A stretch of 52,991 bases of DNA, the filler included, from Bilabrum cf. latius (Eukaryota), in assembly GCA_965178125.1 (NCBI GenBank). It is 2 parts of 2 records of this genome, joined end to end, with 100 filler letters (N's around TTAATTAATTAA, not from the genome) between each part and the next. Parts side by side here need not be neighbours in the genome. Positions count along the whole stretch, not along the records: positions 26,569 to 52,991 come from CBCXTV010000034.1; 1 more part is not named here. One strand, written 5' to 3'. The notes beneath the pieces are model-generated. The model had not been told where the DNA came from and searched no databases. It was given only the letters and a program-made list of their open reading frames with translations. Position numbers and translations under genes: made by a program. Shown piece by piece: positions 37,977 through 50,460 of this stretch (the first letter of the stretch is position 1; every line of letters begins with the position of its first letter).

Positions 37977-40900
37977 ATGCAGTATGCGGCGGAGCCCCTG
38001 CCGGAGCCGCCGCCTCCCGGCGCGCCGCTTTTCCCTGACGCCGAGCCCACTGATGTGCCACCAGTGATCCCCGACGAATGGCGCATTTTCGGCGGGTGGG
38101 AAGTGCCGGCGCCTTCGCTGCCATGCGCGTGGTTGGACCCGAGCAACTTCAGCATTCCGGTGTACCTTCCCAAGCACCCGGAGAAGTGGTTGGTCGACAA
38201 CTACTTTCAGATGCGGTGGCAGAACGCGTTGCAATTCTGCGCGCAGCAGAACGACCCGTTGAAGGACATCCGCTTCCCTTTGGGAAACGCCACGTTCTCG
38301 GGTCTGCGCAGTTGGTTCAAGAAGTTCGCGGCCCAGTTCGAGCCGAGGAATCAGGATGAGGCAACGCGTATATATCCGCCCGATATCCATCTCAAGTTTT
38401 CGTTGATGAGGGAGTAAATGAAGTCGCCGCACGATATGTTCTGGCTTATGTTGGCAACGTATACGAAACGGCACAGGGAGAACAACCATAACCCTCCACC
38501 GCTTGTTGGGATGTTGAATCGGCGCGGACAGACGCCGTCGATGCCGGTCATGACGGAGGCAGAACTCTCGGGGGATGTCATCTTGTACGCCCTGAGAGGA
38601 CCGTACGGGGAGTTTCAGTCCCGTCCAAGGCCTGCCGAATTAATCACGACGCCATCGGCATCGGACTTCAGGCGCAATGACTCGTTGTTGTGCGTGCACT
38701 CGAATGTTGCGGACGATGGCATCATGATCCAGTTCCAGTCTGCGACGGCGTTGGACGCCGCCACACAGGCTGGAGCCAGGAAGAACATCATCTTCGACGC
38801 CCGTCCGGTTGGCTTCGCCATTGCGTGGCAGGCAGCCCCTCCGCCCAACCAGGACTGTCTCGTCCATTGGCGGGTCATCGGTTTGGTCGCCGGTGGCCAG
38901 GCTGATCGATATGGTGTCGAAGAAGGATGGGAGATCAAGGCCATCATGGTGCAGGAGCTTTACGGGATGAACCACGTGGCGACGCTCACGGCGTTTCAGG
39001 CCGCCGTGAGGGCGTTGCCCGAGCGGCTTCCCACGCCGCCTCCCACGCCGGCCACGGCCGCCATCACGGATGCGCCGGCGGCGGATGTTACGATGGAGCC
39101 GGCCGAGCCTTTTGCGGAGCCTCCGACGGATGGCGGAAGTGGGACTTCCGCGCGTCCGGAAGAGCAGCATGGGCAACAGGAGGCGGGCGCCGCGGGTTCG
39201 CAAGACCCTCTGCCGGAGCGCGGGAGTCGGACTCCCGCACCTCCGGCCGATGGGGTACGCACCGCGGAGCCGTATGACCCTTGGGCGGAAGAACAAGAGG
39301 AGCCGCAACCGACGTCGAGTGCCGCGAGCTCAAAGGCCCATCCGCCGGAGCGTGGAAGTAGGACTTCCGCCCCTCCGGTTAGTGGGACCCGCACATCGGA
39401 GCCATACGACCCTTGGACTATGGAGGTGGACGATGAGGGTCCGCCAGGGGCGCAGTCGCAGAGCAGCGGGAGTCGGACTCCCGCACGCTCTGCGGCCACG
39501 CCCGGGCCATATGTTCCTCCAGGACCGAAAGCCCCTCCAGCGCCTCTTCGACGAGACGCCGTTCCACATCCTCCTCGAGGAGCAGAGCCAAACGTACCAG
39601 ATCTTCCTCCTAGTCGTAAGGCACCTCCACCGGGTTTTGGGGGCACGCCGCCGGGGCCGCCGCCCCAGCGGCAAGTCCCGGGGGCACCCCCGGGGCCGCC
39701 GCCCCGGAGGGCGCCTCCCCCCATGCCCACTGTTGCCGAGGAGGGTACCCCACACCCTGGGGCGAGCGGAAGTCGGACTTCCGCGACGCCTTCGGGGCAT
39801 GGGATGCCTTCCCAGGCAGCGTCCAGCTCAGCCGCCCCGGGCGCAGCGTCCAGTGGCAGCGGAAGTTACGCTTCCGCAGCCGCCGGCGTGTTCACGGGGT
39901 GGTTTCGCAGAGCCGCATCAGCTTTGAGAGGATCGGCATCTTCTTCGACGACGGGCCAGGCCGCGGCCGACGCGTCTGCCGCCCCCTCGGATCGCGGAAG
40001 TTACGCTTCCGCACGTCCGGTGGAGGCGCGTTCGCCACGGACGCCGTACCACGCGGTGATTCCGTGGGCGCAGATCCGCGGTGGCAAACGCCCCGTCGAT
40101 TTCAGTCGGATTTACCCCGCCGGGCCGACAGGACAAGGGCTTGAAGTTGCTGGCGCGAATGGCCTGGGGCCCCCGCCATACAAGCCGACGACGCTTTGGG
40201 AGCTCATGTATCGGCAGGGCTACAATCGGGAGTCGACCGGAGGTGAGTTGAAGGTGAACGTTCCCTTGCAGGTGGCTTTGTGGAAGACGGGAGGACGTGA
40301 GGCGTTCCACTACAGTGCGGAGATGTCGGGTACCCCCATCCCGGGCCAGAGGCGCTGTGAGGCGTGGACGGATTACGTCCGCGAGCTCCTCATTGCCGCT
40401 CTGCGCCTCGGCGATAACGCGGTACGGGACGCGTATGTGCGTCAGCCGTTGACGAACGTCTTGTCCGACATCAGGGCATTGTACAACGCGCTAGGACGGG
40501 AGGGGATGTTGAACGTCCCCCGGATCAAACCGTCGCAGTTGAAGGCATTGTGTACAGACCCGTCGCAGGATGGGCTGCCAATGCCCCCTAGCACATGGGA
40601 TTCTCTGGAGGAGATCCATTTGTTTGGGGACTCGACCACGATCCTCACGACGAACAAGAGAGGGCAGCAGAAGCTTGGCACGTTCTTCACGTCGTGGATT
40701 GAGCATTTTCGGGCCGATGTGAGGGCTGGTATAGTCGATCACACCGTTGGCGGTTCGGATATTGTGGGTGTCCGAAAGACCGTCACGGCCCAGCTAGAGC
40801 GCATGAGGACAATGGCGCAAGGATCGGACGAAGAGATGCGTCGGCGAGGCTTGGGCGCCCGTGTCGGCCCCCGCGTTGGATGTATTGTCATCTATAACGG

Positions 40901-43900
40901 GAACGCCGTAAAGGCGGAGCATCATAAGGAGAAGCACAAGGATTACGACGAGATGATGCTCTTGGCCCGGGAACTCGCGGCATTTGACCGGCATCTGTTG
41001 GTGATAAGCCATCACCATGATTTGTTCACTTTGGACGAGTCGTGGGCGTACCAGATGTCCGGAATGCATGTCATCGCAGATGCCGCGGGTTGCGCCACGA
41101 CAAGTGGATGGCCGATGATCTCGGGGATGTTCCCGTTCCGAAAGGGGTACTTGCATTCCAACGGGACGTTGCCGTCGCAGCATGTGACGCTCAACGAGTT
41201 CGCGGTCCTCTGCAAGATCCTCCAATTGAGCATTCCGGTCTCGATGGCGGTGGATCTGCTCCGGGTGAAGGGAGTGTCAATTCGTGACGACCCGGAGTAG
41301 AGTACGCCTTTGATGAACGGTACTCGGTGCCCGTGTCCCTGACGCATAGTGCGGTCGTCGGAGCGGGAAAAAGGACGACCGATTTCATGCCGAACGTCCC
41401 TTCGGTGGTAGGCTACAAGGCGGACGCGTACATGGCGGTCGACCCCCGGACAGGCAGGCCAGGGATGAGTAGGCGGGAATACCTGGACGCGATCAAGGTC
41501 CAAGCCTTGACCCACTACTATGAGTTGATGGTCACACGCCTGCGCGACGACGACCCGGCGATGCTCCATTTGCATCAGCACCGGAAGGACTCAGTGAGGG
41601 CGGACGTGCGGCGCCGTTTCGCTGAGCAGCGGACGTGGGTCGTCCGTGAGTTCATCGAAATGGCCCGCAGGTTCCGCGAAACGCAGAAGGAGGAGGAGCA
41701 CACGATCAAGTACAAGCGCCGTTTGTTGAGGCGGGCGGCGAAGTATTTCCTCCTGACCGGCGAGGACGGGTTCTTCACCTTCCTCGACCCGGGCATGGCG
41801 AACTTTATGGATGTGGAAGAGTCCGCCGGTCCCCCCGAGTTGGATGACGATGAATCGTTCGACGAAGACGACATTCATGCAACCATCGATGCATGGACAA
41901 CTGGGGGGCAATGGGACATTACCGTGGCACCCGTCGACAAGATCAGGGAAGTGGTCGGCGAAATGGCGAAGGAGGAGATCCAGAGGCGAGTGGCTGCGGG
42001 GTTGATGGACGCGAGGGCTCAGGACCAGCCGGGTGATGGGAGTAGGACTCCCGTGTTGCCGGTTGATCCCGAGACCTCGGCCGCCTCCCCCGCGGCGCCC
42101 AAGGATGAGCCGATGGAGGAGACGCGTGGAGGTGAGACCTCCGCCGCGCCGTCCTCCGTCGGTCCGCCCACGTCTGAGGAGGTGCCGCGTGGGAGTCAGA
42201 CTCCCACCGCGGTTCTCCCCGATGGCTCTGGTGCCTCCGCGACGGCTCCGCGCGGGAGTGAGACTCCCGCTCCGGTTGCTGGTGCGGAGGCGCCTGGCGC
42301 GCCTGGGCCCTCAGGGCCCGGGCCGACCCCCACATCAGGTCCTGAGCCGAGCGAGATGCCCGAGGCCGGCGCTCTGGGTGAGGAGGAAGCGGCGCGCGGG
42401 AGCGGGACTCTCGCTGCGTCTGCGGAGTCCAAACCCATGGATGTCGACGAGGAGGCGCCAAGTGGTGAGAACCTGCTCTCGAACTTCATGCCGGCGCCTC
42501 CGATGTGCGCGCCGCCGACGTGCATCGTTTCCAAGGACGTCGTGGACGTTGGGACGTTCGTGTGTGCGCCCTTGGGACCGTTCGGTGCTATTGACTACCA
42601 CGGTCACCCGATCCGGCCCGACGGGGCCACAGGGTCCGGGGCCAGCGTGTTGCTCATCTCCCTTGACATGAAGCACTTCGTGTTCGGCTACACGAGGAAG
42701 TCCAGGAGCACGCAAGGTCAGTATTGGACGACTTTTGGTGGCAACCGGGACAGACAGGATGACGGGCCCGTGGCTGTGGCTATGCGGGAATTCTCGGAAG
42801 AACATGGGAAAGAGTTTCCCTTGTGGGCCCATCCATGCGTTGGATACGTTTGGTCGAGGCACCATGTCACATTCGTAGTCATGTGTGATCCAGATTACGC
42901 TTGTTGGACATTCCATAGGAACAGTGAAGTGACAGAGGTCGTGCGCGTTTGCATCTTGGAAAATGTGCAATGGTCGAAATTGGTGCGTAGGGCATGCCAG
43001 AGTGCCGTGATTGCCGTGGCCTCGTTCCTCAGCGGCTCCGACCCCAAGCACAGGGAGAAGGTGCAGAAGGCGTTGGAGTTGGACCCGTGCAGCGGGATCA
43101 GTGAGTGCAGGCGCAAGTACACCAAATTCACCATGCCCTTGATCTGGATGCCGAGAGAGGCGTTGTACGGTGCTGAGCCGAAAGGGATTGGTAGTCGGCC
43201 GCTTGGGCGAGGGAGTAAGACTCCCCCAGTACCCATCGCCGGCACCGCCCTGGTGCTCATGCACGGACAGAGGGCGAGGGTGGAGGTGTGGGACGAGCCG
43301 GTGCCCAAGTTGCACGGCAGCAAGAACAGCGAGTCGCTCTTCAAGAGTATGGAGCTCGGGTTGCAGATCGCGTTGCGTCAGCCTTGGCACCCGGTGAACT
43401 CGGTGTTCGGCCCGCTCATGTCCTCGAAGGCGGCATACCCCGACGTCGTGGAGCACCGTCCATGGGTACTCATGGATACAGTGTCAGAGTATCACGCACC
43501 ATCACGCGTCGATGGCCCATTTCGACATGTACGGCCATTATAGGGAGCATGCAATGGGGTGGTCTACTGAGGTTGACGATCGCACGCGCGTGCACCCGGA
43601 CTATATCCGTGACCGGAAGAAGGGTATCATTGGCCCGAACGTCATCGACCCCACGCGCGATGAGGACGTCGACCGCATCAAGGGCCTCCCTGGAGCGTTG
43701 GGCATTGAGCGAGACGTCGAGCTCGAGGGGCGCGGGAGTCGGACTCCCGCTGCCTCTTCGGGGCCCGGTGCTGCCGCGAGTGGAAGTCAGTCGTCCACGG
43801 ACGCGCCGCGGCCTCCGACTCTCACTCAGTCCACGATTCCCCCCGTCGCTGAGGAGGTCCCTGCCGGGAGCGGGAGTCAGACTCCCGCAGGCCCGGTGGA

Positions 43901-46900
43901 GGCCTCCAGTGAGGGTGACGTTGTGGAGCCGGAAGAGGAGGCGGACTATGGTGACGCATCCTCGGTCGACCCCATGACGGCTGCCCTTAAGGTCTCATTC
44001 AGGGGTACGTCGCACTTGGCCGAGAAGCAGGACCTCCTATCGTTTCCCTACGCCACCGAGGTGGAGTACATATATGGTGGTTGTAGGACGGGTGCGGAGA
44101 TGGCGGCGATCACCATGGCGGCGTATCTGAACCTCAATCGTGGGGGTTACGCCCCTGCTTGGGGGGACGACGCGTTCCGAATTGGTGGTTACATGCCGGG
44201 CACGCACGGGCTTTCGACGGTGCATCCGTCGGTCCCGGACGCCGAGAAGGAGGTGGCCGCGTGGCGGAAGACGCTCGAGAAGTGCGACGGCGTGCTGATT
44301 TTCTGCTGGGCTACCATGAGTGACGAATTGCTTGAGTTGTGGTACATGGCCCAACATGATTATAAGCGGCATACTAAGGTGATAGATGTGTCGGCAGGTC
44401 GAAAGCACATGGTCGGTACCATCTGCGAGTGGTGTAATGAGTACCATGTCAAACGTTTGTGGATTACCGGCGAAACAGAGGACGAACTTGCCCATCCGAT
44501 GTGGCGGCCGCTGGCATATTATCTCATCGACGAGTTCAAGCCCACTGCGGAGAACTACACGATTGAGCCGGACCGAGATTACGACCAGGACCGGACAACC
44601 TTGCCGAAGGAGCTCAACGATGTGATCCACAGGGGCGATGTCTTCTACTCCCTCGACAGGGACGAGGAGGCTCCGACGACCACGATGGGTGACGGCGGAG
44701 GTCAGACCTCCGCAGACCCCATCGAGGTCGATGAGGCGATGCCGGACGCGGAGGGCGAGGCTGGCGAGAGTGGGACTCTCGCGAAGGCCACGTTCCTGCG
44801 TCCGGACACCGCCAAGCGCGCCGGACTAGAGCTTGAAGAGGATCGAGGCGACGATTTCACCCAAGTGATCGATTCACTCCCACCAGAGCATCGCGAGCGC
44901 ATTCATCGCCTTCTTCAAGTCGAGGCCGCGTTGGGCGCCGACGTCATCGTCAGTCTTCATCGGGCCGATAGCCTTTCGGCTGCGGACGTGGCTTATGCCA
45001 GCTGGACGTCCGTGATCGCCCTGATGGAGAAGGAAGACGTGGAAGCTGCCGGGGAGTCGAAGATCTACTTGGAGAACTTGAGGAGAAAGGTTGATTCGAT
45101 CATGGAGGCTCGGTCTGAGCCCAAGGCAGCGTCATCTCACGGAGCGAGGGCCGCGATGGAGCAGCAGGACGATGAGGAAGAAGATCCGTCGCTCAAGGTG
45201 CCCGCGCCCGAGGAGTTGGCAGATGCCCAGTTCGCCACGGCCGGGCTCTCGTCATTGGCGGCGCAGGCCCGTATCATTGAGGCGGGCAAGGAGGCAGCTT
45301 CGTCGGACGTTGCGCAGATTGACAAGCCGTCCGACAAGACCACGGTCACGATCGAAGATCTGTCGGGCTGCGTTCTCCCCGGGAATCAGGCGAGATTGGA
45401 CCAGTACTTGCAGCAGAATCCCGAGGGGATGCCGCAACTGGAGCATGAGCCGCTCGACAAGAAGGCTGAGGAGCACGTGATCGGGGACGAAGACGAAGCT
45501 CCCGGACCGCCGGGGCCACCCACGGGCACCTTTGCCTCGGAGGTTCCGACCTACGCGGCGGGTGGCGTTGGGCCGGCGGTGTCGACCATGGGTTCGGAAG
45601 ACCCGACTTTCCCGGGAGGTATGGTGGGGCCTTCCCTCTCCACTGTGGGATCGGAGGTACTCCTTCTCCCGGGGCAGTTGGTCGGGAGTCGCTCCGGCCC
45701 TTATGTGCCGGAGTCGTCCGGCACTGAGGAGCCCGGGGCCCAGGCGGAGGCCGTCGTCGGCGGGCCCGGGCCTTCCAGCGGAAGTTTGACTTCCGCAGGA
45801 TTGCTTGGGACCCGATATAGCGACTCGGTTCCGCCTGGCGCGACGGAGATGCTCGGAGAGGAGCGTGGTGGAGGTAGGACCTCCGCAGCGCACCTCGAAG
45901 AGGTCGCCGGTGAGTTGGAGCAGCAGGATGTCGCGATGGACGTGGATGAAGACCTCTCCCCGAAGGATGCGACGTCCAAGTCAATGGCTAAGGCTCTGAA
46001 CAAAATCGGCCCGCGTTTCAAGGGCACCGCCGAGGGTGCGGCTCGCCGTACGTTGTCGATGACTGACAGGTCTACGCGCGTCGATCCGGTATCAGCCTGG
46101 CACAAACTCACCTCTCAGCATGATCAGTCAGGAGAGGCTTTGCCCATCTTTCCGCCGGACGTCATAGCCAGGATTCTGCGCCAACCCCCCGCTGCGGGCG
46201 CGGCGTCTTCCTACTCCCAGGCGGTCCGCGGAGGTCAGACCTCCGCAGTGGCTGCCGCGGCCGTCCCCGTTGGTGGGAGTCGGACTCCCGCAGACGTGGA
46301 AGTCAAGGAGGAGGAGGATGACGAGCCTACGATTGATCAGCAGGAGTTTGCGCGGCGTATCGCTGTTGGGGCTGCCGCGCATCCGCAGATCGACTTGTCG
46401 AAGGAGATGTCCAGGAAGGAGAAGAGACAGGTGGCAAGGGCGAACGTTCTGGCGTTGAGGGCAAGAAGAGATGAAGAGATTGCAGTAGCCGCCCAGATCC
46501 TGCAAGAACAGCAGTCCCAGGCGTCGATCCAAGGGGATGCGAGGGTTGTCGTGTCGGGCGTTGGACGCCCGAGTGACGAGCAATACCTCCATATCCCGGA
46601 GATCAGCGCTCAGGGCAGCTGGGCGCAGAGCGTCGATGAGCTCAAGGAGTTGTTGGCGGACTGGTGCGGCGACGACGTGGGCGCGAGGGATCCGGCCTGC
46701 AAGGTCATTACTCCAGAGATGAGGAAGCTCCGAAACGGACAGCGCATTGTTCCGGATACCCTCAAGCTGAAGCCCCTCACGAGCCTGATGGTTGTGACGG
46801 GCAACCGTGGTGGCTCGTTCGTGACCGAGTATTTTGCCAACTATCGGCAAGAGGAGAGTGATCTGCGTAAGCACATCAACCAGGCGAGGCATCACGCGAG

Positions 46901-49900
46901 GAACCCGAACACGAGGTTCTCGAATGCTTACAACGACATCTCCAGGACGCTCGGGGCGTGGTTGCGCCACACAGGCCTCAACCATGTCAGTGGCCCTATC
47001 ACCCGCGATCAGCCCGGTTTGTCAATGGACACCGGGGGATGGGCGCCGTGGGGCACAGTGGTCAGGCGGCTGCACCAGCTGCTGGCGGATGGCTACAACA
47101 CAGCAGGATGCAAGAGAATGACCACGTCGGCCGTCCGTTTCGTGATCACGGAGAACGTCGTCTTGGCGACCATCCTCGCGTTGGATGTGAAGGGTCGGTT
47201 CCAATTGGCCTTCTGCAAGGATCCGCACAACGAAATCGAGATCCGGGGAGTCAGAGCGGTCCAGGGGCACAGTTTGATGTTCATCGATGAGGCGCGTTTG
47301 GCCTATTGCCCCGCTGGTGCCGCGGCGTTGAAGCAGACGATCAAGGAGCTCTGGCATGGCACCAAGCAGGACAGCCTGATGGGCATTTTGGCCAACGGAT
47401 TGATCCCCGGAGGAAGCGATGGTCGTATCAGAAGGAATTGCGTCCACATCTCACCGGTTCATCCCTGGATGGAAGGAGCTGAGCACACCAACCGCTCCAA
47501 CTCCGACTGCTTTGTTCGCATTGACGTGGACAAGTTGTACCAGCGCGTCCCAGTGCAGCACATCTTTCAGTCGGCGAATGGGACGGTGTTGGTTCGGGAC
47601 GCGGTTCCGGTGTCATGCTTCAAGGAGATCGTTTACCAGAACGGCCCCGGGGATTACCAGGTTGTGTGGAGCGCCTCCCGTGTCGGACAGGCGCCAAGTG
47701 TGGTCGTCCCGTCCGCCGGGGGCATGCGCGATCACTCCGGTGGTGCGGTTCAAGCCGCCCGTCGGTGGGCCAGCGGGAGTCGGACTCCCGCAGGGTCTGC
47801 TGCGGGCGGCGGTGGGAGTCAGACACCCATGCAGGAACCGCCTACCGTGGGGATCTCGCTCGACGTGGACTTGGACATTGCAGGTCGCGTTACCTTTCAT
47901 TGCCCTGTGTGTGAGAGTGTTTGCTTCGCAGGGGCGTGTTTTTGTTTCTCGTGTCGATCCAGGTTCTACTATGAGGACGAGGCCCACAAGCTCCGGCCGA
48001 TGGCGGCAGGCGTCGCGGTGCCGAGGGCCAGCCCGGAGACGCTGGCGCTGCTCAAGGAGGCCCGAGGAGAGCTAGGTCTTGGTCGAGGACGATCCGCGGG
48101 AAGCAACATGTGGCGTGACATCAAGCGTGGTAAAAGGTTAGGAGAGGAATGGCGTGGCCCAGGTTGGCAGAACCCGGAAGCGATAGAACGCATTCAAAAT
48201 GCAGCAAAGAAGGGCGGTGTGCCATTTACGTGGTCTGCGGGACGTTGCGACCCTTGGACTCCGACGAGTGAGCATTCGCGGCCGGACTCGCAGATCACCC
48301 TCACGCCTCGTGACTTCGTGTACGCGGTGTTGAGTATGATGGGCGGCCCATACACAGACGACCCGGATTCGCTGACCGGTGACGCCGCGGTGAAGCGCAC
48401 GAATGCCGTCACGTTCATCAACATCGTGAGTGTGTTGGGCACCGATGTGCTTTGGGAGATCATGCGCGACGAGACGATCTCGGCCGACGCAGTGTTTTTG
48501 GGTATTTACAATACCATTAGAGATATTCCCCAGATTGAGGAGAGTGTCATTCAAGTATTGGGGAATACCGTCGACCGCGAGGACTTTGCGTTTGCGCTGA
48601 ACTTCACACGCCGCGAGGTCGCCTAGTGGGGCGCCATTGTTGACCCTCAGAAGGGTCATCTTGCCCGCGACGCGCCGGTTGGGACCAGCGAGAGCAAGGC
48701 AGCGGCTCTGGCCAAGGGCCATGCCATCACCACTGCCGTTGGGAAGGCGAGACGGGCGACGCCGCCTCCCAAGCCGGCGGGCCCGACGACGGCCAAGGCC
48801 GCGAAGAGGAGTGGGAGTAGGACTTCCATGACGCCTCCCGCGCCGAAGGCCCGTCCGTCCGGCTCGCCGGGTCCAGGCGCTGGCCCAAAGGGGCAAGGCA
48901 AAGGTGGCGGGGGTAAGGCTCCCACCGCGCGCGACGCAACCTGAGAAGGGGCCGGGACGCGGAAGTCAGACTTCCGCAGCGCCCGCTAAGCCCATCTCTC
49001 AGCCCGCGCACAAGGGTAAGAGTACCGGTCGCGGAGGTAAGGCCTCCGTCGAGCCGGACCCTATCCCGCCATGGAGAGCCCAAAGCGGCAAGTCGATCGG
49101 TCGCGGGAGTCAGGCTCCCGTGAGGCCGGAAGCGTCCTTCACTTTGGCGAAAGGGGGCGGAAAGGCCTCGGAGCGTGGAGGTAGGACCTCCACACCTCCG
49201 ACGGCTCAGCCGCTCCCCCACTGCCAGCAAGTCTGGTGGAACGGGTAGCGGGAGCGGCACCCCTCCACCACCGCCCTGGGCCTCGAGCCGGGGCGGACCA
49301 CCGCAACGCGTGTGGGTCCCAAAGGGGTCCGCAGCGGCACCGGCCTCTGGCACGATGCCGCCTCCTCCGCCCACGACAACGATACCGTTTTCGAGTCCTC
49401 CGGCTGGCCAGACAGCATCTACGGGAACGCCCGCAAAGTCTAAGGCTTCAACACCTCCGCCGTTGAGAGGTTCGGTTGCTCGCGACCCGTTGATCACTCA
49501 GGACCCTCCGTCGCAATCGCACTTACCTGAGACCCGTGGAAGTCAGACTTCCACAAGGCCCAGGCAAGACGAGGAGACGGGTAGAGCTAGGGAGTCTAGG
49601 GCGCAGGAGCGCAGGTCTTCGCCGAGATCGCGATCGGGAACTGGAGCTACACGAAGCGAGGCGAGACCACCTTCGGCACCGACTGCGAGTTCACGGGGTG
49701 AAGAGCGGCGCCATGAGTCTTCAGGGCAATCTAGGCCCAGTGAGCATCGACCACGTTCACAACATGGTGAATCGTCGACGAGTCGCCAGCCTCGCCGTAC
49801 CCTCGCGACTCGGGCGATCGTCGTTCTTCCCGAGACGACGAACCCCGTCGAGGGCGACGCCGATCTCCTACTCCAAGGGAATCGGAGCGTCGCCGCCGCC

Positions 49901-50460
49901 GATCTCCCTCTCCACGGGAATCTGGCGGCACGCGCCGGCGCCGTGACGAGGACCCTCGGGAGCGTGGAAGTCGGACTTCCGCTGCTCCGCAGGGTGATCG
50001 TCCGGCGCCGAGCGCGGCGTCTTGGCTGGATCGAGGTCGCGACTCTCCCATGCGCGGTCCAGGCCGGGGTGCCAGCGCCCCTTCCGTGGCAAAGGCGCCA
50101 CCGCCGCCTCCGCCTCCAGAGCGAGCGGCATCCGCCTCTTCGCGTCACTCTCACGATTCGCCCTATCCAAGGGAACCTCGTCCGCGTCGAGACGCCGATT
50201 CTCCGGCCGACGACCGGACCCGATCTCGGAGGGCGTCGGGGGCAACGCAGGGCGGTGGGCGTCAGACGCACGCAGCTCCGCGGGACCCGCCTACGGCCTC
50301 AGAGCGACCCGAGGATCGCGGGAGTAGGACTTCCGCACGTCCTCAGGGGAGTTCGACTGTTGCCGGGGACCAGGGCCCTTCCCGCGCGCGCGATAGCACA
50401 CGCCATGGCGATCCTTCGTCGACGTCGCGTCGCTGGGGCGCTGAACGCCGCGGCGGCTGA
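37977..50460 (+). CDS. Giant cargo coding region (~4,100 codons) broken by two in-frame stops (38415, 48624) and several frameshifts
   Basis: Consecutive ORFs 37977-38417, 38418-41300, 41327-43543 and 43512-48626, then 48627-50460 in pieces. Protein-like sequence continues across every junction, and the G-S-x-T-P hairpin peptide stays in phase. The final TGA is at 50458-50460. Confidence 0.75.
38781..39025 (+). CDS. PDZ-like domain
   Basis: IIFDARPVGFAI (GLGF-loop equivalent) ... WRVIGLVAGGQADRYGVEEGWEIKAI, matching V..V..G..A...G...GD.I..I. Confidence 0.65.
40610..41230 (+). CDS. SGNH/GDSL hydrolase-like domain
   Basis: Block I IHLFGDS (GDS at 40626-40634), block II HTVGGSDI, block III IVIYNGNA, block V KGYLH (H at 41154). 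The usual Asp of DxxH is not evident. Confidence 0.5.
42635..43030 (+). CDS. Nudix hydrolase domain
   Basis: ASVLLIS..FVFG..WTTFGGNRDRQDDGPVAVAMREFSEEHG = G-x6-D-x7-RE-x2-EE-x-G at 42740-42808, against the canonical GX5EX7REUXEEXGU. NSEVTEV follows downstream. Confidence 0.85.
44058..44535 (+). CDS. SLOG-superfamily domain (putative MoCo-carrier / circularly permuted YpsA type)
   Basis: IYGGCRTGAEMAA..GGYAP..RKTLEKCDGVLIF..KVIDV..ICEW...VKRLWITGETE parallels the family pattern ISGGQTGADRAA..GGW.P..RT..NV.DSDGTLI..KP.L.ID..I..W...LNVAGPRES, recalled from memory. Confidence 0.72.
46935..47635 (+). CDS. kptA: Tpt1/KptA NAD+-dependent RNA 2'-phosphotransferase domain
   Basis: ISRTLGAWLRH, GLSMDTGGW, DVKGRFQL, VRAVQGHS, LWHGT..ILANGL.PG, RNCVHIS, VRID and QSANGTVLVRDAVPVSCF. 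The catalytic Arg-His-Arg-Arg tetrad is present. Confidence 0.93.
47901..47954 (+). CDS. Zinc ribbon after Tpt1
   Basis: CPVC-x10-CFSC. Confidence 0.65.
49560..50460 (+). CDS. Arg/Ser-rich disordered C-terminal tail of the cargo protein
   Basis: ERRSSPRSRS, RRGRRRSPTPRESERRRRRSPSPRES ... RRWGAERRGG-stop. Confidence 0.55.

Noticed and set aside
38415-38417. In-frame TAA (and TAG at 48624) as programmed readthrough or an alternative genetic code
   Set aside because: There are only two isolated cases in a copy with many other lesions. Point mutation or sequencing error is simpler unless the stops prove conserved in sister copies.
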